DNA from: the human T2T-CHM13v2.0 reference genome, Homo sapiens
Strand: one strand, 5' to 3'
Assembly: GCF_009914755.1 (NCBI RefSeq)
Contig: NC_060937.1
DNA length: 64,000 nucleotides
Below the pieces are notes generated by a model that was given only the letters and a program-made list of their open reading frames with translations, did no database searches and had not been told where the DNA came from. Within the stretch, counting starts at the first letter, position 1, and each line of letters starts with the position of its first letter. Position numbers and translations under genes: made by a program. Shown here one piece after another: positions 25,250 to 40,057 of this stretch.

Positions 25250-26720
25250 TTCTTTTCTTACTTTTCTAACAATTGCAACTTTACAAAAGAGTTGGAATTG
25301 AAGCACAAAATTAATTTTTTTTCAGAACTACTTGAGTATCAGTAGCCAGTCCATTACCCATGAACACCGAATACTTTAGTGTTCTAATAAGGAAAATACA
25401 AGGCAAAACACAGCTGTCAAAATCAGGAATTAATATGGATAGATGACTACCTTATAGTCCTCAGACCCCATACAACTTTGCCACTTGTATCTATGATATC
25501 TTTTATATCAAAGGGTCAGAGGTAAGCATTGCAGTTGGTCTCTTCAGCCTTTTTCAGTCTCGAAGAATCCCTCGGTGTCCCCCTCCCTTGTATGTCATGA
25601 TCTTGATGCCTTTGAGTAGGAAGTAGGGTATTTCTCAGTTTGGACTTTTATGCTGCTTACATGATGTGGTTAAGATTATGCATCTTTGGCAGAAGTGTCA
25701 CAGAAGTTGCACTGTTTTTTTCTCATCCATCTTCGGGTGGTATGTGTTGTTGGTTTGTCCACACTGATGATCATGGATGAAGGTGTTGTCTTCCAGGATT
25801 TTACATGGCAAGGCTATATTTTCTGCTTTATAATTAATACATATTTTGTGGAGCTATATTCTGAAACTATGTAAATATCCTGTTTCTCATCATGCCTTCA
25901 AATTATTAATTTATTTTCATCTGTATGAACTCAGGATTTCATTTTCTAGTCAATGGGTCATAATCTATTACTCTTATTATTTACTTTGATGCTCCAGTTG
26001 TCTTTGAGTTAACCAGTGCTCTTGTTCAAACTGACTTATGAGTTCTTTTGACATTTCCATCATACTTGGAGCACTTTGTCTTCTGGCAAAACAAGATGTT
26101 TCAGACTCACACCCCCTGCACCCCAACCCCAGTCTTGAAGCTTTTTCCAAGGAGCATTGGTTCTTTAGTAGAAAATAGCTGCTAAGTCTGCTTATTTCTT
26201 TGAGGATGTCATACCCTCAGTCTCTCTCAGTAGACAGAGCTAGTGGAATGCATATGTACACACACATTTACACTTATATTTATGTCTGTATCTATCCACA
26301 TACTCTGAAAACCACCAGTTCGCACCAGTACATCCAACTCCAATCCAACATCACATGAAGTTTATTCTCATCTTCTCCTTTCCCATTTTTTTCTATTACT
26401 TTTCTGTGACATTAAAAAAACCTACTTTGAATCATCCTTAAGATATTTACCTTTTTTTATTATTCCCTCTGTATATAATCAACTTCTCAACTCCACGGCC
26501 ACCTGCTTCCCTACACCAAACTGCTGCGGCTTCAACCTCTGGGCAGGCCACCCCTCGGAGGATAATTTCTTCCCACTGCTGGGGCTCTCTCTGACACTGT
26601 GACAGCAAGGCCCTCCCGGGTGAGCTTCCCCCAACCTCGGGCTCCCACAGCTGCCCGTTCTCCGCTGTCAGAACAGGCGCCTGCCTTGCTGTAGCTCACA
26701 GTGGGGTAGAATTAGGCTTG
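25250..26720 (-). mobile_element. L1MC4/5-like 3' region
   Basis: gaatactttagtg, tcaaaatcaggaa, caagatgtttcagactc, ttttccaaggagc motifs. Confidence 0.7.
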
Positions 26721-26792
26721 AGTTATTCAGCACAGGAAGGATAGGGAGGAGGAAGAGAAAGAGGAGAAGCAAGACCTATTGAGCAGTTTTAA

Positions 26793-27279
<487 letters not shown>

Positions 27280-27369
27280 CTAGGATCAGGTACAGCAAAA
27301 CACTACTTGGGTTTCTCTTAAAGGGATGTGGATTTTGAAGAGGTTCAAAGCATTAGTTACTTACGTTAT

Positions 27370-28830
27370 TTCCAATTTTTCCTTGATGAGTAATGCTTCG
27401 ATGAACATTCCTGTAAAAAGTATATGATAGTTTCCTTAGGATCCATTTCTAGAATTGAAATAAATTGCTGGTTGAAACACTGAATAATTTTAAAGCTACA
27501 CATATACATGCAGATACATACATACGCACACACACACAAAACTGTCCTAAAAGTAAACTAGCTTTTTACCATATGTAATATATATAGTAAAGCAAAGAAA
27601 TACAAGAACCATCTTATAACACAAAGAGAAGAATCATATACCTATATATCTGTACCTCTACATATCACATACATAGGTTTACTCAGGATATCTAGAAGCA
27701 TGCCTAACACAGAGTAGACTCCCCCCAAAATTTACTGAAGAAATGGTGCTTTCAAATATAGCACTATATCTATATTCTTTTCTGGTTATTTGAATACTTT
27801 ATTTAGCTAATTGGATATAGATGATTTTTGTTCATTTTCTATCTTTTAATGAATTGAAAGAGCTTTAACTTTATTATTAATTAACTTTTTCTTACATATG
27901 ATGTAAATATGTTTTTATTTGCTTATTATTGGTTTTCTTTGCAATGAGAGACAAAGAAAAAGGAGTTTAAATGTTTAAGTGTTAAAGTCTGTCAACCTTG
28001 TGCAGTGTTTAAATGGCCTTTTTTCTTTCCAAAATAGTATATAAATATCAACCTATTTTTTTCAAACAATTTTGTAGTAATTTTGGTATAAAGATGATGA
28101 TATATATAGCCAATTTCCCTCCAAATTGCCAGCTGGTTTTGACAACTCTGTTTACAATCCATCTTTTCCCTATGGATTTGAAGTGACACTTTTATTATAT
28201 ACTAAATTTTTCAACTTGCTCAAAGCCACTTTTGAATATCATCTCTGTTCCAGTAATCCAGTGTGTTATCTAGTCCAGGTTTTAATTATAGCATACCATA
28301 ATATATTTTGTTGTCTTATAGGTTATTCATCTTATTTATTTATTTTTATCTTTTCTCATGTGTGTTGTTTTAGAAAATCTTTAGAACCATTTCTAAAAAA
28401 AATGACACTGGTATTTTTATTGGAATTATGGGAAATGTATATGTTTTATTAAGGTTTATAGAGGTATCCTTTATTTTTAATATTCTTTTATGCCTAATAA
28501 ATTCTCATACAAAAATGTAATCAGTCACACAGTATTAGTCAGACATTTTTATGTTAATATTGTTTATGGTTAATTTATATATAGTGTGTATATATATATT
28601 TAAATTCATATATTTTTTTCTATTCTAACTGAGCCTCTTGTGCTGAATATGTGTATTGTTGGTATAAGTAAAACTACTGATTATATGTATATACATTTTT
28701 CACTAGTCTCCTTACTGAACTCAGGCATTACTTTATGCATGTTTAATTAGATTCTTTGGGTTTTACAGGTAGCAACTATTCCTATGTATAATGTAACATC
28801 TCCTTATTTCAAATATTATATATTACAATG
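27370..28830 (-). mobile_element. Degraded L1M fragments
   Basis: T-rich L1-antisense motifs (gatgaacattc, aattgctgg, tctctgttcca, gattctttgggttt). Confidence 0.55.
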
Positions 28831-29469
28831 ATGAATGCTAGTAATCTGCTCACTATCCATACCTCTCCTCCACCCCATATTTTTTAGCACTACGACACTG
28901 ATTTTTGTTGGGAACGAGAAGTCGAAAATACACAGCTTCTGAGATTAAAAGACAAAATTCTAGAAATGGAAACATGTAGGCAAGTTCCAGACACCCTTCT
29001 GGCTTTATTGGCTATGAAGCTTTAGCAAGTTACAACATTGTCTAAGGAGACCCTGGGGACACCAGGTGACAAGAGAGAAAACACGGAAAACCTAAACTTC
29101 TGCAAGAGTTGTCTCTTGGGGAAACCAAAGGCATTTAATAAGCTGGGATGCATGTGAATTCTAACAATGCAGCATTTGACATGTTGCTACATGATTTCCA
29201 CCTCTTGATGGAATCTTGAGAGGCGGGGATGAAGGGTGTTTCACTACTATGAAAACAACCCTCATGATCTAGAGATGTTCCATAATGCAACTGTTTACAG
29301 CCTAGACTAGAAAAACATCCCATACCTTGGAAGAACCTTGGAGAAAATGTCACACCATAGTTTTCCACACTCGTGAATAAAATGGATGCCTTCTAAGCCA
29401 AAAACTATGGTCCTGTTTCTTAAAATGTTGTTATATAAGTTTCAAAATTTGATTAATTTTATGAGTGAC

Positions 29470-29841
29470 TAATATGGTTTGGCTGTGCCCTGCCCAAATC
29501 TCATCTTAAATTGTAGTTCCCATAATCCTCATGTGTCATGAGAGGGACCCAGTGGGAGGAAATTGAATCATGGGGGTGGTTTCCCCTATGCTAGTCTTGT
29601 GATCATAAGTTCTCATGAGATTTGATAGTTTTGTAATGGGCTTTCCCCTTCGCTCAGCTCTCACTCTTATCCTTGCTACTACTATGTGAAGAAAGACATG
29701 TTTGCTTCCCCTTCCACCATGATTGTAAGTTTCTAGAGGCCTTCCCAGTCATGCTAAACTGGAGTCAATTAGACCTCTTTCCTTTATAAATTACCCAGTC
29801 TCAGATATTTCTTCATAGCAACCTGGAAACAGACGAATACA
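29470..29841 (+). mobile_element. THE1D-like solo LTR
   Basis: taatatggtttggctgtg...aaattacccagtctc...aataca; exact TSD gtgac at 29465-29469 and 29842-29846. Confidence 0.92.
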
Positions 29842-31421
29842 GTGACAAAATACAAAAATTATCTATATTAGAATATAAAACAGACTTTTTAACCAATAGA
29901 ACTCCAAAAAAATGGGAAATGTGGTCCATGTGTAAACCAATCACACCACCTGATGCTCACAACAAACTAAGTCAACGGCCTAAGATAGAAATGTACGTTA
30001 GGATTTTTGCCATTATTCAAACTTAAAACTGGACTCAGTCGAAGGTGAACAACTATTTTTCTTACCAAAAAAAGCAGGGCATGTGATTTCAATCCGAATA
30101 CTCTATTTATATCAGCATCTCTCAATGACTGTCATCAGACGATAGAGAACTGCCGCTAGAATCATATTCCCCTTTCTGTCTTATTCAACCATCCCCTCCC
30201 TGACTCTCAAATTGGGTACCTTCCCATAACGAAGAAATATTTATATTTTCCATATCAGTAGAACTCATATGTTTCTATTTTGCTTTAATTGAAAATAGGA
30301 CAGATGCATGAAATATAAGAATTTAATAAAAGGAATGCTGTTAGTACGTAACGGTACCAATAGATACTGGGAAGAATTTAGAAAAGCCAAGAATGTAAGC
30401 ATCCTGGAGCAAAACTAATAAGAATCTATCTCAACCATGATGCTGCGTGATTGGGAGTGGGACATCACCCAGCTTGAACTTCTGCCATTGATAGAGAAGA
30501 CTGGAACAGTTTGAGATAGAATGACATTGGCTCAGCCCTAAGTTTCTGTGGAATAAATTGTCAATGAGTGGATTCAGTTCTCATCCTCATCCCGAGGCTT
30601 TGATGAACAAAACTGATTTGTCAGCACATGACCTACTTGTTCTGTTTGTCTTTCAAGTATATTGCAAGATTTTCTGTATTGCTTGGCAATGCTAGCAACT
30701 CTCTATTTTTGCCAAGTTTCTGCCTTTTTTTAAAAAAAAAAAAAACTAGCACATTTGTTTTGTAAACATAATTGTATATTATTGTGGATCTAGCTACTTA
30801 TTAGTTTCTGTCTATCTTATATCTGAATTATAGATGGGAGTGGAAGCCACAGCCCTAGAAGAAGGTGTCTTTCGGAGTAGATCAGCTCCTGGCTGAAATT
30901 TCTATTACAAGGGAATGAGATTAAGCCCACATTGAATTTGTACTGAGATAACCTTGTCGCTTCTCATTACCTAATTCTAAACAGTTATGAATAAGTGAAA
31001 GCTCCCATTGTCCTTCCTGGATTATGTCAATGTCAGAGAAATAAACACAGTATCTATACCAAATTGTGCCATTATCACATTGCCTTCAGCAGTTAACAGA
31101 TTCTATTTAAACAAGATTGATAAGCTATTCTCGGATTTTCTGTGGGACCAAAAATAACCAGTCTTCTTTGTTGTCAGATAGGTTGGAATCCACTCTTCTA
31201 ATTAATCTGAAGTTGGAAAATTTAAAATTTTCGTTCACTCTAATGAAATTATGATTTTCCTAACTGCACAGCACAGATGCTAACACTCAACCCAGCAGCT
31301 CTAGGAGCCAAGGCAGTGGCATGATAGACATGTAGGCTGTGAACAAGAGGCTGAAGCCTATGTTAAGTCAGAGCAGTTAATGAAAATCATGGCCATCCTC
31401 AATCAGCTCTGGGGATGTGTC

Positions 31422-31727
31422 TTTTTTTTCTTTTATTATTATTATACTTTAAGTTTTAGGGTACATGTGCACAACGTGCAGGTTTGTTACATATGTATAC
31501 ATGTGCCATGTTGGTGTGCTGCACCCATTAACCCTTCATTTAGCATTAGATATATCTCCCAATGCTATCCCTTCCTTCTCCCCCACCCCACAACAGTCCC
31601 CGGTGTGTGATGTTCCCTCTCCTGTGTCCATGGGTTCTCATCGTTCAACTCCCACCCGTGAGTGAGAACATGCGGTGCTTGGCTTCCTGTCCCTGCAATA
31701 GTTTGCTAGAATGATGGTTTCCAGCTC
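31422..31727 (-). mobile_element. Young L1PA (about PA3-PA5) 3' end
   Basis: ttattatactttaagttttagggtacatgtgcacaacgtgcagg...gaatgatggtttccagct. Confidence 0.93.
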
Positions 31728-31860
31728 CCCTTTTCAGCAGCATGTGCATTGGATATTCTAATCACTGAAAATTATTTATTAGCTTTGAATATTGAGAACA
31801 GTCATGTAATATCCAAAAACTATTTTTAATTAAGGCAGCAGTTTCTTAACATACTAGATT

Positions 31861-32110
31861 GGGAGTCAGCAAACTGTAACCCATAAGCCAAATCTCAATG
31901 CCTATTTCATATAGCCTTATTTTGTATATGAGCTCTGAATGCTTTTTACATGTTAAAATGGTCAGAAGAAAATCAAAAGAAGAACAGCAGTTTATGATAC
32001 ATAAAAATTATGTGAAATTCAAGTTTCAATGTTCATAACTAAAGCTTTATTAGTATGCAGCCATGCTCACTTGTTTACATATCTGTGGTGGCGTTCGGGC
32101 TACAAAGTTA
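31861..32110 (+). mobile_element. MER58B-like (hAT-Charlie), partial
   Basis: gagtcagcaaact...aaaatcaaaagaagaa...aaaattatgtgaaattcaag...cagccatgctca. Confidence 0.8.
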
Positions 32111-35100
32111 GAGGGTTCCAACCAAGCAACTGAACCAGTCTAGAAACAGAATAAACCTTCTGAGGTTGTCCCCATCCAAGCTTTGCCAAAAGACATCTGA
32201 TCATCATCGTTCCTGTCTCTATGATGAGCTGAGCTTCAGGACCATTTCAGGCAATGGTTAATTAACTATAGGTGTCCCTTTGTGTTCTGAAACTCGAAAA
32301 ATGTTATTAGGTGCTGCCACCCTGGTGACCCACACATCCCTGAGATAGAACTGTTGGCTGGGGAGGAGACAATGGTGGCCACTATCTTCAGAAACTGTCT
32401 TTAAGCAATTTTTTTTTCTTATAACCAAATCATTTTGTTATGGCCAGATGAATAGTACGTAAGATCAAAATTCATGTTTGCATCTTTGTTTCAAGAAGTA
32501 GTTACTTCTGACTCACGAATCTTTTCTCAGAGTTGCAGATGCATTCGTCACCACCACAGGTCTGCACAGTGGTTTGCAATTTGTATAGTTGCTGATAATC
32601 ATGATCCAGTGTTGGCTCCACCAATGCATTCAGCTAGTCTTTGCTTCATTTCCCAACTCATCTAAAACCGTGGACTAGTTGTCAGGGGAAGGAGCTGAGC
32701 AGAGATGGGCATATGTTTGGTTTATGACACACTAGCCCCTACAAAGTTGCTTCAGGGTTCTCCACACTTGAAGTGTGGATGCCAAGAGCATGACACAGCA
32801 ATTCATGGAAAATTGCAAATCTAGGACATACCAACTCCTTTTCCTTCTGTCCTTTTCCAGTGCTTGTTACTATCAGTGTTTCTATGTACATGAACTCCAG
32901 GTCTTTTTATAATTTTCTAAACTTCAAATCAGAGACAAAGCAATAATGAATCATTCCAGAGATAGCATGACCCCCACACCTTAACCACCCAATGTGAACA
33001 GGAGCTCAGGGACTTCCATATGCCTCTGTTTGGTTATCCGTGGACAACAGTTAACAGCCTGACAAGGAAGTCCATTCCAGTTTGGTTGTCTTTAATTATT
33101 AGATGCCCCCCCCCCAACACTTTTTGTGGAAACTCATAGGTTTCTACTTCTGGACCCTGAAATGACCCGTAATTAAACATGATCCCTTGTCCACAACATG
33201 CTCCGCCATCATATGTGAGGCGATTGTTTCTCTCAATTCCCACTTCAAGTTCAGAATTCCCTGCTTCCTTCAGCTCTTCCTAGTAAAGACCCCCTTTCAG
33301 TTCCTTCAGCAGCTGGTCTCCCTGCCTTTGGATACACGGCAGACTTCACATGTAATATGAGTGGTTTAGATCACAACTCCCTGAGCAATAATTATGCTGA
33401 CACTCCTTCAATGCAGCATTCAGGATTTTTCTTAACTACATACCTTCGCAGCACCTATTTTCTTGGCAAAACACTAAAAATAAACACAAAGCCCAATAAA
33501 GCTAGTGCTTTTTGGCATGGAAGTTTTCTCATAAACTCTTTGCTAACTTACAGAGAAAGTTCACTTTGAACTCATTATTTTACTATCTCATGGAAACGTG
33601 GTACAAAGTATAATTCAAGGTAAAAACAAAATTCTTATTTTCCAAATATTTCATCAATGTTAGGTACATTTTATGTAAGAAGATAGATTAAATAAGTGAA
33701 ATTGGTTCACAATTACTTAGTATTGAAGAGCCAAAACCTGAAAAATTCAATGGAGTTGTGGTGTTCTGATTTCAGGATAGCTTACTATTGAAGACCCACA
33801 GGGAAACACTAAACTGAATTTATTATGCATATTTATTTTTGGCTTGGAAAATGAGGACAAACGGCAATTCCTTCATTATTTCTGAACCATTTCCAATTTA
33901 GAAATTGTTGTAAACATCACCAAGCTTAAAATGCACATGGGAAATAACAAAGTAATGTTTAGCCTGGATAATTTGAGGTAATAGATCTAGAGACTAGCAA
34001 TCCTGAGCACAGCCAGTCAACCGGGAGAAAGCCATCAATGTTAGTGCTCAAAAAGAACCTTTTAGATTACAAAACAGATACAGTTTGCAATAGGAGATAG
34101 GCAAATCCAGAGTGACTTCAGCTATAACCAAGGAATCATCATACCCTGAGGTATAATCTTTCCATCTGTCATACCAACGAAGCTGGAAAATTCTAAGTGC
34201 AAAGAATGAACTCTGTGACATTCAGTGCACCTCAATGACATGAAGACATGATAAAATTTGAGAGGATACAAGAAAGTATTAGAGGAAAAAATAATTTTTT
34301 CCGAAAATATTTTAAACTAATAGGAATCTGTATGAATATTCTAGCCTCATGCTTTATGTGTGATTAAAAAATAGTGAAAATAGTGATTTTTGGGGGGTAT
34401 GTTTATACAAATGCATATTACGTGAATCATGTAATTGCATGCAAATAATAGAGACAGACTCAGAGCACAAGCAATTTCAATTCCTGTCTCTAGATGTGAG
34501 GCTTCTACTTGGAAATATTGGAACGATGTCAACAGGAAGGAGGAAAAAGGGTTGATTCAAAGACATACAGGCAGAATCAGTTTGAAATTCAGAAATGGCG
34601 ACATATTGAGATTGTATGTTTTGGGATACATGGTTTTAGCATCCTGCATCATTTCAAATATATAGCAGCTTGTTCCCATTCCCCTTTAATATCAAGAGGA
34701 GCAGAGTGCAAGACAGATGGCCCTAATGGCCTGCAATGCCAATATTCGAAATTCCCTGCCCAACTCTAACAATAACGTCCTTTCAGATTTTAATAACACC
34801 TGTCACCCAAGGGACTCATGACCCTCCTCGAATTTCATTATATGCAACGTTTCCATTAGGTTGGTTGGTTGTTATTTTCTACCAGGGAAGAATCACATTA
34901 GGGGTGTGAAAATCGGCTAATGTTGTGATTCACATTGGTTAATATATTTTTTAAGTCTCGTATAATAATTGGACTCACAATTTCCTTCACATTGGTTTAC
35001 AGTGTACCTAATTGCTCTATTAATTTTAACTGAACTGCACCTTGAAAATTAATGTGTTTGGAGAAGATGAAATTTAAATGTGTGTTACGCATCAAACATA

Positions 35101-35689
35101 AGCAAAAAGTAGTTTCTTCTTAACATATTTACTCCTTCTCATGTATCTTCTTGCATTTGAGAGACAAAGGAAATGAGGACTACGTAGATTACTCACATGG
35201 GGATATTTAATAGGATTGCAGGTCCATGGATTCATTGAACAAAAACGTTACTATTGAAAGTTAGAGAGAGCAGCGCAGTCTCCACGGCACTGTCTGCTTT
35301 TGTCAAGTGTACTTTCCCATTCCCCTGTCACCTGCCTCACCCTTACTCCAAAGACCCCAGAGTTGATTCCTTTCTGCTTTCAGGAGAGTCTGTTGTTGGA
35401 TTAATGGCAAAATGAACATCTATCTACATTCCACTGATATCATAAATTTCAAGTTTTCACTGCCTTAAATATTAATATGTGTGTATGTGATTTATCTAGG
35501 AAGTATTCAACCAACTGGTCAAATCAGTCATTTCATTGAAAATGTAAAAGGTAACCTCCAGTCTTTGATTAATTTTGTCACTTTCACATGTGCAGCTTGG
35601 TGAGTGAGGAGTGTTGGTGACAGGGTTGTTGGCAGCTTAGACTGGATTAATTTTCCCTAACAGTTCAACAATAACAGCAACAACAACAA

Positions 35690-35905
35690 TAACAGTAGCT
35701 AACACTTATGCCGTGGTTATCGTGTGCCGGCTCTGGGATCAGCACTCTGCACACTTCAGTGTATCGAAATCCAGTGAAGCAGGCTCTATCACCACCCCAT
35801 TTTAGAGATGATGAGGCAGAGGCCCAGAGAAGCTAAGAAACATACGCAAACCACACAGGCAGAAGGTGGTACAGCCAGTGGAGCTCTTAACCCCTCTGCT
35901 AAAAC
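35690..35905 (-). mobile_element. MIR
   Basis: agctaacacttat...ccccattttagagatgatgaggcagaggcccagaga. Confidence 0.8.
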
Positions 35906-35973
35906 AACCACAGAAAGAACATTCACCCAGGCCCCTCTTTATTGATCATTACATTTTGTGGGAGCCCTCTACG

Positions 35974-36146
35974 CAGAATTGGCTGCAAAATTTGCAGGGC
36001 CCAGTGCAAAATGAAATGAAGGGCCCCTGTTCAAAACTTACCAAGAATTTTGCGGCAGTGATAGCAAAGCATTAAGTTAAGCATGGAGTCCTTCTAAGTG
36101 TGCCCTGTACAACAGAGTAGCTCTCTCCCCCATGAAGCCAGCTCTG
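35974..36146 (-). mobile_element. MER45A (hAT-Tip100)
   Basis: gggcccagtgcaaaatgaaatgaagggcccctgttcaaaa...catgaagccagctctg; degenerate 8-bp TSD cctctacg/cccatacg. Confidence 0.8.
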
Positions 36147-37417
36147 CCCATACGCTTCAGTTTCTTCAGCTAGAAGATGAAGATGTTGACAGAGGGTAAG
36201 ACCCTCTTACATTCAGTGATTTTGTGGTGGTGAGCACTTTCTTACCTGACCCCATAACTGTCATTAACTCAGGAGAAAAGAGGGTCTGCATTTCCTGAAT
36301 CAACAGATACTTCAACTAGTTTTATTCATTTAGATAAAATTTGGCTTCACAGGTAAGTTATATCCTTAATCCCTATGCAACCTTGAAATTACCTTGGTTG
36401 ATCCTTTCTCTGTGTGCACACTCACAAACATAATCACTTTTCTCAGTGTAGATTGTCATTATCAAAATGAATCTGCGGCTTCTTTCCCTAAGTATGAAGA
36501 CATGCACCTTCCCAAGGAGTATGACAGTAAAAAATCACCAGTGCTGGTAAGTCCCCAAAGAATTAAGCCCACAAATCCTTTGTTCCAGAGCTTTCAACAG
36601 TTCATCCTTTTCAGGAACATTAGTGACAGGGAACTGATAGTTGTATATTTTGATAAATGCAATTTATAATGTTTCTCATGAAAAATGTCTATTTATATTG
36701 AAAGGTACTGTTTGTGCCTGACATCTAATTCAGACCTCACATCCAGAAAGTTAAAAGTGAAAATTGAACCAGACTCTTCACTTTCCATGTCATTTCATTG
36801 AATCATGAATTCTCCATCTGTCCCCTTAAACTCAGATTCTAGGAAGTATAACCCTAAGCATTTATCACCCAGCTTAATTGCTCCTGTCTTCAGTACTACA
36901 AATAAGAAATTTCACCTGCCTTCTAAGGGTGTGTTTACGCTTGGATTTGCTTAGAGAATTTATATGTCAAATAGGCTTTAAACAATGTTTTATACCTTAT
37001 TCTGTCAAAGTGAAAAAATGAATAGTATTTTTCCAATCTTTCCTTCACTTTCCCCTACTATAGTAGAATGCTAAAACTGGGTTCTTGCCTGCGGATACTT
37101 TTAATTTTCATACTTATATGAACTACTCCTCATATTTATTCTGGTCCTAAAATTTCACTTAGAGAATTAAAAAAGTAGCTCATTTTACTTGACAAACTTC
37201 AAGATATTTCAAACACTCAACTCAAAATTAATTCCACAAAAGAAGCTATTTAAACAACATACAAAACTCCCAAGTTAATTTAACCTTGAGCTATTTTTAT
37301 ACTGAAAAGAGACAGATGAATTATGTTCACCTTGATAATATAAAGGACAAATTTCAGTTTAATATTGACAAAAGCTAACATTTTTAAAGAAGAAACATAT
37401 CTTTATGGTTGGCTATA

Positions 37418-37734
37418 TGTCTTAGTCCCTTGTTGCTGCTATAATAGAATACTTGAGACAGGTTAATTTATAAAAAACAGAAATTTATTTCTCACAGTTC
37501 TAGAGGCTGGGAAGATCAAGGTGATGGCATCTGGTGAGGACCTTCTTGCTGCATCCTCACATAACAGAAGGTGAAATGACTGAACTTGCCCTCTTATAAT
37601 GGCATTATTCCTACTTGTAAGGATGAAGCCCTCATGGCTGAATTTCCTCCAAAAGGTCTCACCTCTTAACACCACCACATGGCAGTACAATTTCAGCATG
37701 AGTTTTAGGAGAAACAAACATTCAAACTACAGCA
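37418..37734 (-). mobile_element. MST (B/C-like) LTR
   Basis: tgtcttagtcc...gctgctataa...ggcatctggtgagg...aaacattcaaactacagca. Confidence 0.85.
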
Positions 37735-37735
37735 C

Positions 37736-38220
37736 TGTGTCAGTCAGCTTCCAAGATGGGCTCCAGTTGGTCTGCAGAACACTCTTCTGTTGTCCATATC
37801 CTCCTGTTGAGTATGGGCTGAATTTATTGACTTCTTCCTAATATTAGAATAAAATACAGGTGAGTGTGACCCACAGACTAGGTGGTACATGGCAGAGTGT
37901 ACTCTCTCTCTCTCCCACCTCACTTCCTGTGGTGGAAGCCAGTGGCTATCTTGCTGCACACGCTGGCAGACTATGGTGAGGCTCCCATGGCAAGAACAGA
38001 GATCTCCAGCCAAAGCAGGAGAGGGACAAGGGCCTCCTCACACCATGTTAGGAGTTTACAAGCAGATCCTCCAGCCCATGAGATGAATGAGCCATGAGAT
38101 GACTGCAGCCTCCTGAGCGATTCCCAACTCTCAGATACTATGTGAGATAATAAATGTTTGTTGTTTTAAACTGCTCAGTGTCAGGGCTAATTTGTTACAT
38201 ATCAATAGCTCACTAATACA
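37736..38220 (+). mobile_element. MLT1 (E/F-like) LTR
   Basis: gcttccaagatgg...tgtgagataataaatgtttgttgtttta...ctaataca. Confidence 0.8.
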
Positions 38221-38552
38221 CTGGCCCAATATGATTATACATAGAAACTAAAGAGAATAACATCATAGCTAGATATAAATACCACAACCAATAATTTTAT
38301 TTCATGTTCCTTATTTAGGATGGTTAATTTTTATTATTAGAAAATATATAAATCAAGAATAAACAAATTGATGTAGAGATAATTACATATATGGCTTAGA
38401 TATCATTTTCTTCATTACAGCAAAACTCATCTGCTAGGATTTTAAGGTCTTTTCAAATCTGGTCCTGTCTTACCTGTTTAACCTTATTTTCTACCACTTT
38501 TTAGCAGAATCTAGGGTCTAGCCTGGCTTCATTCTATACCAGGAAGACAATG

Positions 38553-38870
38553 CGGTCATCCCCCTTCTCCACAGGGGATGTGTTTCAGGACTGCCAGCAG
38601 ATGCCTGAAACTTCAGATAGGACTGAATCCTATGTATACTCTATTTTTCCTATGCATACATGCTTAAAATTATGTTTAATTTATAAATTAGGGACAGGAA
38701 GAGATGAATGACAACAGCTAATAATAAAGTAGAACAACTCTAACAGTATACAGTGGCAAAAGTTACTTGACTGTGGTCTCTCTCTCTCTCTCTTTCTAAA
38801 TATCTTATTGTACTGAGCCATGGGTTACTGACACCCCAGCAAGGGAAGCCACAGATAAGGGGGACTACTG
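38553..38870. mobile_element. MER44-like (Tigger7-derived MITE)
   Basis: TIRs cggtcatcccccttctcc / gataagggggactactg; internal gatgcctgaaac and tttaatttataaattagg. Confidence 0.8.
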
Positions 38871-39273
38871 TTTGTGATATAATGTTCTCACTTCTTTGTT
38901 CCCCTGGTATAAAATTTGAATTCTCCTTTAATGCACTGTTCTGATGTCATCTTGCCCACCTTAGTTGGGGCTCCCTTCTTTTGACTGAATTACTAAATAT
39001 TGTACTTGTTTCAAATCTGGCTAGTTTATATGCCATTTATTTAATATATATTTTGCTTCCTTTTTAAGATGATGGATTTCTAAAATACAAGGATTCCAAG
39101 ACCAGCTAGCTCAGCACTGAATTTATTTTATTGACATAATAAAATTCTGATGAATTGATAGAGACATTATTATTAACAAAAAAGTTATACCATATAGTGC
39201 ATAATAATTTATCAACAGCTTTCACAAACACTATCTAATTTAACTCTCAAATAAATTAATGTGTCTAGGACAT

Positions 39274-39673
39274 TGTTATGAGCTAAATTGGGCTCCCCCA
39301 ATTCATATATTAAAACCCTAATCCCCAGTACCACAGAATGTGACTGTACTGTATTTGGAAATAGGATATACATAGCATCTTTAGAAAGATAATGAAGTTT
39401 AAATGAGGTCATATAGTGGGTTCTAATCCAATATGACTGCTTTCCTTTTAATAAGAGGAGATTAGGACACAAATGTACTCAGAGAAAGACCAGGTGAGGA
39501 CCCACCAAGAAAGTGGCCATCCACAAGCCAAAGGAAGAGGCCTCAGAGAAACACACCCTGCCGGCATCTGCATCTCAGATTCCAGCCTCCAGAACTGTGA
39601 GACAAGAAATTTCTGTTGTTGAAGCCCCGTGGTTTGTGGTACTTTGCTGTAGCAGCCCTAGCGACCTAATCTA
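39274..39673 (+). mobile_element. MLT1B-like LTR
   Basis: tgttatgagctaaattg...gtatttggaaatagg...cagcctccagaactgtgaga. Confidence 0.85.
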
Positions 39674-40057
39674 TATTGCCATAGAGATGAAGTCATGGGG
39701 TCGAGGGCCTCATTGTTGATGAGCAGGGCTGGGACGGGAGTCTGGGACTCTGACCCATTGTGTAGGTCTCCAGCAAACTCAGCACGTTGCTTTTCACAAA
39801 TAAAGGTTTTTGAGTGTGTTTTCCTTTATTTTATGGTCTTGACTTTATGTTAAACAGTTTCACCTTGTAAATCTTTCAAAATAGTTAATCAAGTCAGGTA
39901 GGGCCAAGCATACAACCTCATTAACTGCTTTGTTCATTATAATGAATGAATAAGATTTAAGATAAACACATGCTGCAGTACTTCAGTTATCTCTAAGGAC
40001 AGTAAAGGTAAAGACGTATCACCTGTGTGCACTTTTTTCACCTAGAAAATGTACACA

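Noticed and set aside
26490-26720. GC/CpG-richer patch as promoter or CpG island
   Set aside because: Too short and CpG-sparse; contiguous with L1MC-type 3' sequence
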